Source of the DNA: Nitrospirales bacterium
GTDB taxonomy: Bacteria; Nitrospirota; Nitrospiria; Nitrospirales; UBA8639
DNA length: 64,000 bases
Reading direction: 5' to 3'
Assembly: GCA_965203295.1 (NCBI GenBank)
Contig: CBDBCZ010000012.1
Location: forward strand, 224,001-288,000
This document shows, piece by piece, positions 12,255-26,877 of this stretch. Position numbers and translations under genes: made by a program. Positions within the stretch are counted from its first letter, which is position 1. Each line of letters begins with the position of its first letter. Under the pieces are notes generated by a model. It ran no database searches and was not told the origin of the DNA. It saw nothing but the letters and a program-made list of their open reading frames with translations.

Positions 12255-12910
12255 GGCAAAGTGCTTTTTCTGTAACTTGTTTTGGGGTGTTTTTTGGGAG
12301 GTAGTAACAAATGTGTTGGTGTAACTGTGTATGGTGTAGGGATAGTGTTGGGATGGAATGTGTTTGAGGATGATTGCATGTAGTATAGGTTTCGATTTGT
12401 ACCCCAGTCAGCACCAAGAAGGCCTTCGTCTGCATGTGCATGGGGGGAAAGGTCTCTGTCAGGATCAGCTATGTAACTGGCATGTGAGGTTGCCCTTTTC
12501 TTGTCAAGGTCGGCATTACAGCTAGCAAGGGGAGCTGCCCTAGCATTTATTATGGAGTAGCTAGTACCGTACTCTATATGAATTAGCTCCGAGGACAATT
12601 ATATGTATTGCATTTTCTAATGTCACAAAGATGAATAGCTGACTGCCCCCTCCAATAGAGTAAGCGAGGGGGCCTCCGGATGGTAGGGGTTGTCCGGATG
12701 CGATAAACCTCCTTTCCAAGGCTTTTCTGCTTGTGCTAGTATTCATAGACAAAAGTGGCTAATGATACATAACAAAGGCAAACAGAAAGGCCCAGAGAAC
12801 AAGGCAAATTTGTTGCGGACAACTTACAACTCTTAAACAGTACCTCTGGCCAGAAGCCGTTTGGACTAGGGCCAACCAACATATAATCAGCCTTGTGAGT
12901 AAGTGTATTA
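11455..12910. mobile_element. Unclassified dispersed element with a strongly GT-rich plus strand; related copy at ~26510-26877
   Basis: Both loci end in GGCCAGAAGC...GCCAACCAA(C)ATATAATCAGCC.TGTGAGTAAGTGTATT and share AAGTGCATCCCTACAT and AACTTGTTTTGGG. Confidence 0.55.
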
Positions 12911-14298
12911 TAGCTAAATTTTCGTGTGATTTCGTGTGACTTACGCCCAGAAGATGCAGCTCAGGCCCGGACAGCTGGCACGATCAAAGATGGGCGTTAA
13001 ATAGACGAACACGTGAGGTAAACGGGGCGGTAACTAAAACTCGGAACGGAACGGAACAGTAGTCATTAAATGGCGTGGAACGGCAAGCGTCCACTAAAGA
13101 GTACTCGTAAATCACTGCTGAATCCATTCGATTTTTTTGAATAAGCTATGCTACGAGTGCAATACCCCGGGGAATATCCAGCTTGTTCGCGCTTGAATCA
13201 TTGTGATCGCTTCAGCCATTATCGTGCTAGCCTGGCTGAAGAAAGAAGAAAGAATTGTACGATTACGCCCCTCCCCTCCACTGTGTCGACTTGCCAGTCT
13301 GGTACTCCAGCGAAGGTTTCTAGCAACGCCAACAGTCCTGTTGCTGATAAAAACACTCGAGATGTGATAATATGGCTCATAAAAGCCTATGACTATAATC
13401 AAAGCCGAGTTCTGAACGTATGATTTTGTACGCGTTATATGTGGCCGCCATTTTTTTTCCGTGCCATCCCTACATATGGAGTACTACCGTACTCCATGAT
13501 ACCCCTCTCAAGACTAAGAAATGCCCAAAATCTCATCTTGCTTTCATGATTTGTCTTGGTTCCTTACACAGTTCTTTCTAGGGTTGCTTACCACTGTCAT
13601 ACACTGCATTGTTTGTTAAATATTAATGCAGTAGCAAACACTTATCTAATTGTCACTTGTTTTAGAAGAGATACTTGGAGCAGTTACTACTTCCAAAATA
13701 ATTCCCCACTCTAATTGATAAGCACACATAACTTTTCTTGTGTAAACACAACCATCATGTACAGATAGTATGCAAAACATATCACTTCAGTTAGCAATTG
13801 TAGAAAGAACCGTGTAAGAAACCATACTTCTGACAGCCCACCCGGAGATATCGTACTTGAATTAAACATTACTTTTCTTGTGTTTGCACATTGTTACTTC
13901 AGAGATTGCAGGCACAAAACATAGGAGGGGGGATATTAGTCACACAGAACACAATTGATATTATGAAATTTTACAGAACAGGAGTTATTGAATGTTCACC
14001 CACTCTGAGACTCACACACAACCTAAAAACAGGTGACCTGGTGTGCTGTGTGATACCCTACCGCCAACCTAAATAAGTATGTTTTGACCACTTTATTTCT
14101 AAGAGTGAAGAGCCACAGCCTCTAGCTACCAGAGAAAATGGAGAGGTAACAGCTTCCCAATTTTATTCCACACTCTAGTATAGCATACTTTTCTTACTCG
14201 CATAATGTTTAACTTAATTCAGGGATTGTATGCAGGTACAAAATATAGGTGAGCAACAATAGTTATAGACTTTCATTAGTAAGCAATGTTGTACTGTA

Positions 14299-14511
14299 GG
14301 CTTAGAGGGTGATGTATGTCCAGCAAGCAGGCATCCTGAGGTACAATGTCGCTATTTCTTAGTAATCACTTTTCGGTTGCTCTTATACATATTCCTGGCC
14401 AATAATGAGGGTAGCTATTATAACCAAAAAGTGATTTCTATGAAGCAGTGACATTGTACCAAGGTTGCCTGTTCAACAGACATATATACAGAAGCACTCA
14501 ACCTCTAAGCC
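14299..14511. mobile_element. Fold-back MITE inserted in the satellite
   Basis: Arms GGCTTAGAGG...GGTACAATGTC...AATCACTTTT and AAAAGTGATT...GACATTGTACC...CCTCTAAGCC. Confidence 0.7.
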
Positions 14512-15103
14512 AAGGTTATTTTTAGACTATTTATCCTGGTGTAAACTATAATCCCAGAAATGTGGCTCTTGGTATTTATATAGTACAGAGACGGATTCCC
14601 ACCTTTAGTTTAATTATTCTTCTAGTGCGATGTGAAAGGGGGCTGTCAGTATGTAGGACATTTTCTTACAAGATTTGAGTTTAACCATGCGTTGCTTACT
14701 GAAGTTGTAATCTCTAGAGATACAAGTACATAGACTATAATTGTTTCTCACTCTCTCTGAATTAACTGCATGAGATAAGGAGTGTGTACGTATGCTTACT
14801 TAGAGTGGGGAAGCTGTTACTTTTCCTCTCTCTCTGGTAGCTAGAGGCTGTGGCTTTTGGTATCTCTGGAATACAGAGACAGATTCCCAATTAGCTAGGA
14901 ATACGTACCTTGCCTGACTTTGTGTGATCACAACGTGGGCTGTCAGGGGTACCGCGCGCATGCAGAAAAAAGTGGAATTTTCTGAAATGCGTTACAGGGA
15001 AATTTGACAGGAAATCGGGCAGTTTAGGTACAGGACAGTATAGGATAGGGTAGAATTTCCTTTAAAATCATGAAATTCTGCCCTATCCTATACTATACCT
15101 TAA

Positions 15104-16078
<975 letters not shown>

Positions 16079-16133
16079 TTAAGGAGGAAGTTTTACCTTA
16101 CTATTCAAGGACTTATGTAAATGTCTTTAGTGT

Positions 16134-16383
16134 CAGGGTTAGGGTTAGGATTAGGGTTGGGGTTAGGCCTAGGGTTAGGGTTAGGGTTGGGGTTAGGGTT
16201 AGGGTTAGGGTTAGTCTGATCAAGCTACAACTTTGCTAGAAAATGACAATTTTGACCCCAAGCATACAAATCCCTGAATAGTGAGGCAAAAGTCTAATCT
16301 TAAATGAGATTCATAGCCCCCTAATTTAATTAGGGTTAGAATCAGGTTAGGGTTAGGGTTAAGGTTAGGGCTAGGGTTAGGGA
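16134..16383 (+). repeat. Interstitial telomeric (TTAGGG)n tracts at ~16134-16214 and ~16329-16383
   Basis: Perfect and variant TTAGGG hexamers. The first tract is bracketed by an imperfect inverted repeat (TTTTACCTTACTATTCAAGGA / TCCCTGAATAGTGAGGCAAAA). Confidence 0.95.
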
Positions 16384-16469
16384 ACAGGACCCCTTGCAAG
16401 GCTTAAAAAGGTCATTTTTAGTTCAGCTAATTATGTATGCATGGGGGTCACTATTTAGGACTGTTTTAA

Positions 16470-17444
<975 letters not shown>

Positions 17445-20400
17445 TTAAATTGTACCTGAAATACCAGATTTTCTGTCAAATTTCCTTGTAACACGTTTCA
17501 GAAAATTCCACTTTTTTCTGCATTTTTTTTTACTGTACATGGTTGCTTACATGATTCCTTCTAGAGCTGCTTGCCGCGATTAGGTACTGCATAGTTTGTC
17601 CATTTTCACATTTTGTTATGTCTGCTGTCTTTTAAAGGAGAACTATGAACGCTAAATTAGAGCTGGGATGTGTTTGGGAAGCAGTCAATTATTTTTTCTC
17701 CCTGGTAGCTAGAGAGTGTGGTTCTTAGCATTTTTAAAATGCAAGGACTGATTCCTATTAGTTGTGCAAAGGAATATCCTTACTTCAATTTTTCAAATAC
17801 AATATTTTACGGAGTGGGCTCTTAGTGGTACGAATCCTTACACGGTTCTTTCTAGAGTTGCTTGCTGATGTTGTATACTGTATTAATTTACTAGTTGTTT
17901 ACCACCTATTGTTTGTACCAAATATCTCTAGCAGATCATTGTGAGAACATATGAAAAGTAACAGATGTAGGGTAGGGATGAAATTAGGAAGCAGTAGCTG
18001 CTCCAATTCTCTCTGGTAGTGAGAGGTTGTGGCTTTTGGTGTCCACCCTTCTTCAGGTATTGAAGTGCTATCTCAAAGTGGGCTGTCAGGGGTAGTGTTC
18101 CTGACTTGGTTCCTTACACGGTTCCATCTAGAGCAGCGTATTACGATTTTGTACTGCATATAATTTTGTTTGTTTTCACATTTATCCTGTCTTCTTTCCC
18201 TAAAGAATCATTGTGTTCACATGAGGAGAGTAAAGTATGCACGTACCAGAGTAGGCAATTATTTGGGAAGCACTAACTGCTCCAATTCTCTCTGCTAGAT
18301 CTCAAAGTTGGCTATCAGTACAAGACACGGTTCCTTATTAGAGGTTTCTTCAACGGTTGCTTATTAACGGCTCATTCCACTTTGCTTATTGAAGTTGTGT
18401 TCTGTGTGACTAATTATCTCCCACCTATGTTTCATTTCTGCAATCACTAAAGGCAAACACAAGAAAAGTAATGTGTACAATTAATTAGAGGTGGAAATGA
18501 AATTGGGAATTTGGTTCATCTCTATTCCCCCTGGTAGCTAGAGGCTGTGATGAAAGTTTGTTTAGCCTTATAACGATATACTCCTCTTCAAGATGCTTCT
18601 TCTTAATGTTGGCAGTCATCTATAATCTTTCTTGTCAATATGAGGCACAGTTACTACTGTGCTTTTTAGATGGTTCATTCCACGGTTTCATATCGAATTT
18701 GTGTTCTCTGCATGTGACTAGTTTCCCCCACGTCCTATGTTTTGTCATAGATTGTAGAGTACTATCTATGGTTTCTTGCCTGCAATCTCTGAAGTAACAT
18801 TTTGCCATCACAAGAAAAGTAATGTGTACAATTCATTAGAGTGGAGAATGAAATTGCGAAGCTGGTACCTTTCCGCTCTCTCTGGTAGCTAGAAGCTGTG
18901 CTGTTGGTATCTTTGCAATAAAGAAACAGATTCCCAATTAGTAGGAATACCTTGCCTGACTTTGTGTGATCTCAAAGTGGGCTGTCGGTTCCTTACGGTT
19001 TCTTCTAAAGCAGCTTACTGCAATTGTTTACTGCATAACTTGCTTTTTTTACATTTGTCCGGTCTCCTTTCCCTAAAGAATCATTGTGTTAACATGAGGA
19101 GAGTAAAGCATGCACTTACCAGAGTAGGCAATTATTTGGGAAGCAGCAACTGCTCCAATTTTCTCTGCTAGGAATACACTGATCTCAAAGTTGGCTGCCA
19201 ATATAAGGCATGGTTCCTTACTTTGCTCCGTAGATGATTCCTTCAATGGTTGCTTATTGAAGTTGTGTTCTGTGAGACTAATCATCCCCCACCTGTTTCC
19301 TGCCTGCAATCTCTAAAGTTACATTGTGCGAACACACAAAAAAGTAATGTGTGTCATTAATTAGAGTGGGATATTAAATTGGAAGCTGATTCCTCTCCAT
19401 TCTCTCTGGTAGTTAGAAGCTGTGCTGTTGGTATTTTTGCAGTAAAGAGACAGATTCTCAATTAGCTAGGAATACCTTGCCTGTCTTTGTGTTTCTCAAA
19501 GTGGGCTGTCAGTGGTACGTACGGTTCCTTACATGGTTCCTTCTAGAGAAGCTTACTGAGGTTGTGTTATTTAATTTTCCTCACATTTTGTTCTGTTTGT
19601 TGTTCCAGTGCTTTTTAGATGGTTCATTCAACGACTTCTTATGGAAGTTGTGTTCGGTGTAACTAAATTAGTTATCTTCCACTTATGTTTTCTGCTTGCA
19701 AACTTTGAAGTAACATTTTGCAAACACAAGAAAAGTAACGTGTACAATTAATTAGAGTGGGGAATGAAATTGGGGAGCTGGTTCCTCTCTGGCAGATTCC
19801 CAATTAGCTAGGAATATCTTGCCTGACTTTGTGTGATCTCTAAGTAGACTGTCATGGGTACGGTTTTACTTACGCTGTTTTTTACACAGTTCCTTCTAGA
19901 GCAGCTTATTACGATTGTGCACTGCATATAATTTGTTTATTCCCACATATCTGCTATCTCTAAAGAAGATTAATGTGTGCACTCTGTCAGAGTAGGGAAT
20001 TAATTGAGAAGCAGTAACTTCCCCAATTCTCTCTGCTAGGAATACCCTGATCTCAAAGTTGGCTGTCAATATGAGGCATAGTTACTTACATTGCTCCTTA
20101 GATGGTTCATTCCACTTTACTTATTGAAGTTGTGTTCTGTGTGACTAATTATCTCCCACCTATGTTTCATTTCAGCAATCACTAAAGGCAAACACAAGAA
20201 AAGTAATGTGTACAATTAATTAGAGGTGGAAATGAAATTGGGAATTTGGTTCCTCTCCATTCTCCCTGGAAACTAGAGGCTGTGATGAAAGTTTGTTTGG
20301 CCTTATAACAATATATATACTCCTCTTCAAGATGCTTCAGAATCCATAATGTTGACAGACTTCTATAATCTTTCTTGTGCGTTACCGCTTCCATTTTACT

Positions 20401-20589
20401 CTTATTTATTGATAGATACATGTACCTACAATCAATTACTGTTTCAGGTGAACTCGTGAAACTACCTGGTGGGGCATAAATTGGGAACTGTCAGGTCTTG
20501 CTACAAATTATTTGATAATACCTATAACCTCCCTGTTCCTTGAATAGAAACTTCATTCTTCTGTACTTTAATTCTAGAGAGTTCAACTT

Positions 20590-20720
20590 TCTTGCGCAGT
20601 CAAGAGCTGCGTGAGCTGGCGCGAAAAGCATTGACGCGCGCGACGCATATCGTAGTGTGCCCGCCCCCGCATTTATTATTTCGTGGTTCCTTAGCTAGCT
20701 GTCGGTTCCTTGTCGCGTTC
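20590..20720. promoter_or_regulatory. CpG-rich promoter-like patch
   Basis: Local CpG cluster in otherwise CpG-poor DNA, with an E2F-type GGCGCGAAAA (~20618) and a GC box CCCGCCCC (~20659). A possible donor AAG|GTACGT lies at 20873. Confidence 0.35.
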
Positions 20721-20982
20721 TCGATTCCTATAATACATGAAATGAGAGGTATGGCAGTAGACGCGAACAGGTTGAAGTCTCACTTATCATTGCCGGGTCT
20801 TTGTTTTTTTTTTTGTTGCAAACAAAGGTATTATTAGTATCTCTGCTGCAAACTACAGCAACCAGAGTCAAGGTACGTAGCACCATAGATAACTTCTACT
20901 ATCTATGGTAGCACGTTAGTCTAGCTAGCTAGCTAGCTAGCTCCAACTTCTACCAACTTGGGGATCGCTTACAGTATTGCAG

Positions 20983-21478
20983 TAAATTATAATCCATGAA
21001 CTGCCTTGAAACCAGTGGCGCATCAGGGCCACTCCAGATCATCTGATTTTAATTGCGTAAAATGTGTTATACAGGAGGAGCTGGGTTCTCACGTGCATGC
21101 TAAGCGTTTGTGTAGAGTCTCACGCTAGTACGGTCTTGCGTTGCTGCAGTGGATGCGACTGCGAAGAGGTGTGGTTTTCTTGACTGACTGCACATGCTGC
21201 ATATTTGGTGAGTGTAGTAGGGACGCTATAGGGTGTCCATAAGGAAAATTATCAGCAGCAACATCATCAGCAACTGTAAACCATTACAACTGAAACTTGT
21301 ATGACTCAATAAATTATTCCACAATGGTTTATCCACCTAGAGCAAAATACCATGGATAGCCAAAGACACTTAGTGTTAGGAGAGTACAAAGGTTGATGAT
21401 CATTACAAAATGATTGGTTTGTTGCCTGATTCACTCAGGGAAAAGTGCACTCGGGCAAACAATGCCTACTGACTTTAG
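20983..21478. repeat. Diverged duplicate of ~10350-10940
   Basis: Colinear with the partner, same orientation, many substitutions and indels. Confidence 0.85.
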
Positions 21479-22418
21479 AGCGATCTTGCTACTTTTGCTG
21501 TCCACATGTTGGTGTAGCCTTCACCTACAGATTCTATGATATCATAGAGACAATCCTAACTTTCTTTGTTTTCCAGACCTCTAGAATCCTGATTTGCCTA
21601 TACTTGTAGCTGCAGCATTTAATTAGTGTACTGGAATGCTTAATCAGCCGTGAAAGATACCAAATTGGGTTATAAAAATGGTATCTGAAACACTGTGGGA
21701 AGATGATATGCCGTATGTACATGTACCAGTTTCCACAGCAAGAGGGAAGCACCCAGCCCTGTACCATAGCTGCTCCAAACCTTCATTGGGTTTTTGCTGA
21801 ACCAGGATTTGAACTCGTGTCCCATATGCAGCTCAAGGCTAGTGTCTCCAGACACTACACTTACTGCTCCCAGCACCTGAAGGTGTTGGTGACTCTTGTA
21901 TACCTTTAATACACTGATAGCATCTTTTCCAAGCCTGCCTGCAGAGACCTTTGTACTTTACCTACGGCCACATGTTGCACACAAATTCATAGAGTGTGTC
22001 ACTAAAGATGTTTGATGGAATACTTGAATAACATTCTGTTTATAACCTTCTGAGGGGCTTTATATTGTCACATTAAATAAAGATCTTAGTCCCACCGTTT
22101 CTTCTACTGTCATTTTAGTACAGACTTGGAACAACTACATTTAATTTTGGCCATAATTTTTTTATCAAAATGAGTGCAAAGCACCTTCTTATTCACATAT
22201 ATGTTGTGAAATAGGTGCTTGAACTGCTTTCATAATCCATTGAAACAGCAGATTACATGAACTTGCAAGACAATGCAACTACAATCTAAACCTACCAGAA
22301 AGAAATAAATCTAGTATGCGTTCATGTAGCTATAGGGAGTTAACTATATTCAGAGCAGCTTGTGCATGGTACGGTATAGCTAATACCTCTATATCAGAAG
22401 TTGCTATTTCAACCATAG

Positions 22419-24729
22419 ATGGAGGCTGTTCGCATTCATCAGCGAGGAGCTGAAGACTTTGTAGCTTACTATGAAAGCCTGTGTGCCCTGGAGGACACGT
22501 GTCCTATAGCCAGTATCCGCAGTGGAGCCAAGGAAGGAGTGCTGAGTTGTCGGGTCTACAAGGCTAAGAGAAACGACTGGCACCCACTTCTGACTGCTTT
22601 ACAGATCAACAAGGCACTGCATACTGTTGCCTTCATAGACAAATGGGAGGAAAGACTTTACCCAACTGTGAGAAGCATTGGTATGTAATTAGACCTTTTG
22701 TCTATAATACTGTAAATAGTGGTCAGTACACCAATACATGTAGTTAGACAGTACCTCCATTAATCCAGTGACTTTTTACAAGTATATTATGTTAGCCTTC
22801 ATGCAACCAAATGAAGTGAGGGCCTGGGAGCGAGGATAGATGTACATTTGCACAGGGCAGCTTTGTGTACAGCATAAGCAGAAAGCTTCCAGTTGATTGA
22901 CTGCTGTGTCGGTATGTTTATAATAGTGAATCTATGTACAAAGAAACACTAGTCTTAGACTACTGTCAGCTATAACTAGCAAATATCGCTACTCTTTGTT
23001 CTGCAGATGGTGTGAAGTACCAAAGAGTTGCTGCTGATCCACATGAGACGTGGTGTGCCTGATAGAAGTACAGTGTACAGCATTGCCAAGTACGTACCTG
23101 CAGTTGATGGTGTTAAAGGTATATGTGTATCATGTTAATAGTAGGATAGAGCCCTCATTAGACAACTGGTACGGTAGCTCTAGCTGTATTAAAGTTAGTG
23201 CATTGATCTTTAGTTAATAATCAATGCAGTTTTGAACCTTAAGATACTTTTTATCACACCATAGATAGTAGAGTAGAAGGACAGGAACTCCTTCTACTCT
23301 ACTATATATGATCACGCTAATTAAGCTTGTGCTTTGCAGTATATACAGCACTGCATATACTGATATATATAATGGAATGACTTTATGATAGGTCTGTTCA
23401 AGGGCTTGTGTGCCTCAAGTGCTCTGAAGTCTCTCGTGTTTGAAGGTGTTCACCTACACCTGAAAGACTTAGCACAGGTAAAAGCAGTTAGCGTAGTAGA
23501 TGATGTACATGTAGATGTGAAGGCAGCTTTGTATCTACAGTACCACAAATCTAAATTGTGCATTTTCTAGCTTAAACAGTGTGGGGGGCATATCCATTAC
23601 ATTTGATAGTATGCACAGTGTGTACAGCCACTACTGGCTACTACATGTTAGTATATATTAATTGCGTGTATCATGAAACTGAAATTACAATAACGTTGCT
23701 AAAATATTCTAGTCCTTGTCTTTATCTAGTATAGTCATGTGCTTTTACGTAGTTTAGCTTGGACAGTGTATACATGTAGTTTGCACGTATGGCCATCCCT
23801 TAACTGTCACATTGTGGAGTGAAAACATTTATTTCTGAGACTCTACATTGCAACTGGGTTTTTCATTATTGCCACATGTCTAGCTAGCCCTGGCATTATT
23901 TGTCTCGTGCCCAGCCCTACGTTATGCCCCTGTATATTCAAAGTTGCGGCAGCATTACATCAGTGGCCACAGTTCTGGACCGGCATCGAATATTTCATCA
24001 CCAAACAGATATCACAGTTGCAGTAGGCCATAGTAGTGGTAGTCTCGTGCCCAGCCCCCACGTTAAAAAGTGGGACTGGCGCCCTGTGTATTGAAATTTG
24101 GGTTAGCCATCTGTCAGCAATCCCAGATCTGGACCGGCAGTGCGATTGGCTGATTGTAGTATTACATCACCAAGCGGATATCACAGTTGCAGCAGCCACT
24201 TCGCACCCACCTAACCGTGGTGAGTTCAGCGACATGAATGGCCTCGTTTCCAGGCTCCTCCCACGTGCACTCAGGAAAATAAACGGGAAAAGTTACTTCT
24301 CCCATTTATTTTTGCAAGAGCTGGTGGCTGGGAACAAGGCTACAACATAGATGCAACTGTGATATCCACTTCGCATTGCCGGTCCAGTTCTGGGACTGCT
24401 GACGTATTTTTAAACCAACTTTGATTATACAGTGTGCCACACCCACCTTTCTAACATGTGGCTGGGCATGAGACTATGGTAGTATTGGGCGGTGATGCCT
24501 GATTCACTGTTGAGGGTACTCATTTTGGGTACCAACCCCACTGGAACCACTCGATCATATACTTAAATAGCGCTTGTAGTCCGCACCATATTAAAATTGA
24601 ATTATGTTTACCAGGAAGTATTCCTGGTGTGGCCATCTTCCTACCTCCATGTTTAGGGATTGCTGAAAACTACATCCTTGGTGCATCTTTCACTGAAGGG
24701 ATCTGAGATCGGGAACAAGGCTGCTGAAG
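22419..24729 (+). pseudogene. CEP78: CEP78-like 5' fragment; exons 22419-22681, 23007-23089, 23392-23477 and 24657-24729
   Basis: MEAVRIHQRGAEDFVAYYESLCALEDTCPI...DWHPLLTALQINKAL resembles the recalled CEP78 N-terminus ([21 protein letters not shown]...DWAPLLSTLKINKDL). Later exons give LCASSALKSLVFEG and GLLKTTSLVHLSLKGSEIG. Exons 2 and 3 total 169 nt, which gives a frameshift and stop. No downstream exons. Confidence 0.88.
23902..24477. mobile_element. Nested palindromic MITEs in a CEP78 intron
   Basis: GTCTCGTGCCCAGCC at ~23902 and ~24042, with a reverse-complement-like GGCTGGGCATGAGACTA at ~24460. An inner GCCTCGTTTCCAGGC...GCTGGGAACAAGGCT element lies at ~24242-24341. Confidence 0.7.
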
Positions 24730-25627
24730 GTGAGCTCTATTAGTTGGCAGAACATGAAGTGTTGCTCAAACAAACCAAACTACTATATTTCTCTTAATCA
24801 CAAGTGTTGTAGATTACTGAAGTGTGGCTGATGATAGCTTACATTGTAATACCGAGTTACTTAATCCAATGCATGTACATGCATTACAATCGAGCGCTCT
24901 AATTCCCACCTCCTTATCGGGATTGGAAGTGGTGTCAACGCCGGTATCGAGACTGGCCCCTCCCCCCGTTCCGTCCCAGCCCCGGAGGAGATGCTTTCTA
25001 AGCTTTGGAACTACTCCTGGGTTGCACAATGGGAAAGACATAAAGATCGCCTACTGGATTCAATGAAGAAGAGGCTTGGAGGTACATATATTCTAGTTAG
25101 ACCATATAGCTAGGATAAATATATGATAGTACAACAGCACGCACATTAAACTTGTAGTTTTGGTCTTGACAGTCACTTTTGTGTTTTCTCAACTTCACTG
25201 TACTCTGTGATTGCCATAGCACTGGTCTTACATGTGAGCGGTCTTTCTTTGAATTGAAATGTATACTTACAAGGCAGCTCTATGCCCCCACCAACAGCCC
25301 ATATGCCTTCTGAAGCAGACCTAGGTGGACCCGTTGTCATTGTCACTATTCACGCTTAACTAGTTACACATGCACTGTTTATGCATCCCAGTTTACTTAG
25401 TTGTCTGATGGGTACTACTATTCAAGAAGTGGATAGCAACTGGGTTCATGGGTACTTATATTCATAGGGTATTTGTATTTGATGGGTACTTATACTCCAG
25501 AGTTTATGGTATGGCCCTAAAACAGGATCTTTACGGCTGCCTACAGACACCATGTACATATGTATAAACATGAACAAAGGTAATGCTACGTAATCCTATC
25601 TCAATGCCACAAATTAAAGTACTTTAC

Positions 25628-26377
25628 ATTCCCATCAATTGTTCTGTCAACAATTATCTCTTTTGACAGTCCCAGGCAGGAAGCTGTGTTGATTTCATCT
25701 AAGCATGCCTAAATTAAAATAACAAATAACATACTAACTGATGGACAAACTATCATACATCTACCCCAGTTTTATTAACTTACAGTAACAAAAGGTACTC
25801 TGAAATTGGGTCTTTGGGCTGGATTGCAGATACTGTATGCTTGTTGTATTGCAAATGACTGTTCAAACACTTCTTCAAAGAAGGCTTCTATTTCTGTTGG
25901 CTGCAGAACTAACAGGAAAACAAGAATTACCAATAATTTAAAAGTAGCCAATAAAACTTTAAGATACAATACCTGCATGGATATTCAGTTTGTGGAATGT
26001 AGTCTTCACAGTAGCACTAAAGATGATGTATAGTAAGTGAGCTGTACCCTAAAGCGAAAATGAACATGATGTTACATACAAATGTTTATATAAAGCTTGT
26101 TCATATACCTCAGCGGAATCTTCAATAGCACAGAAAGCATCATCGAGACTTTCTCCATCATACAGCTCAACACTCAGCATAGAAAATATTGGGTCTCCCT
26201 TTAGCTCTCTCAGTGACTGATTTAACACAGTATAGAAATGTCCACACCCTGAATTATCTGGAAGTTGCACTATTTCATTCAGCATTCTTTCTGTAATCCT
26301 TTTTCCAGAACTCAAGTTATACACTGTGTCCATGCATACAGCAAGTTTAGAGTCTGCAATGGACTCTGCAGGTAGAT
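25628..26377 (-). pseudogene. RNF213-like (dynein-related AAA+) four-exon fragment: 26377-26109, 26048-25973, 25908-25784, 25708-25628
   Basis: All four AG/GT exons splice in frame to ...TTFHKLNIHAVLQPTEIEAFF...PFVTACLDEINTASCLGLSKEIIVDRTIDGN. This resembles the RNF213-family Walker B region (hhhDExNT...KEhh.D). No flanking exons recognised. Confidence 0.7.
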
Positions 26378-26509
26378 CTACAAAACAAAAATATAGGCAA
26401 TGAGTGTATTGGAAAGTATACATTTAACTTGAAGATGATATGCACTGAGCTGTAGCCTTCAATGAGCTGTTATGTGAGTGGGAGGAGAGAAGCACCCTGG
26501 TCTCCACTA

Positions 26510-26877
26510 CTCACACATGCACAGTAACTAACAGAAAGCAAAAGGTTTCCGTAAATGAACAGCACAGTGATTTGTAGCTACTCTGTAATGCATTGGGCTG
26601 TGATGTGTAGGTAGTCTGTGAACCCATTGCGATGTAAATTATAGCTTGTTTCCCTTGTTTTTGTGAAAGTGCATCCCTACATGAATGGTTTTTGTACTTT
26701 TTGGTGATGCTTTTTCTATAACTTGTTTTGGGTGTTTTTTTAGGGGAAGTGGATGTTCTAGCTACAAGGACATAGCTGTTTTTCAACAGCACCTTTGGCC
26801 AGAAGCTATTCAAACTTGTGCCAACCAAATATAATCAGCCATGTGAGTAAGTGTATTCATGTGAGTAAGTGTAGTAG
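26510..26877. mobile_element. Second, internally deleted copy of the 11455-12910 element
   Basis: Shared terminal and internal motifs. The terminus carries a tandem CATGTGAGTAAGTGTA duplication. Confidence 0.55.

Noticed and set aside
12388..12435. Hammerhead ribozyme on the minus strand (CAGACGAAGGCC...TCGAAAC)
   Set aside because: The core deviates from CUGANGA and I could not form convincing stems. A covariance-model search would be needed.
11218..12598. 260-aa and 188-aa ORFs as protein-coding genes
   Set aside because: The His/Thr/Pro bias follows from the C/A-rich strand, part of the frame is the inverted duplication, and no domain is recognised.
16134..16383. True telomere or chromosome fusion site
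   Set aside because: The tracts are short, degenerate, on one strand only (no head-to-head CCCTAA) and embedded in an insertion.
17525..20390. CRISPR-like repeat-spacer array
   Set aside because: The context is eukaryotic, the intervening sequences are themselves homologous, the repeats are degenerate and there are no cas genes.
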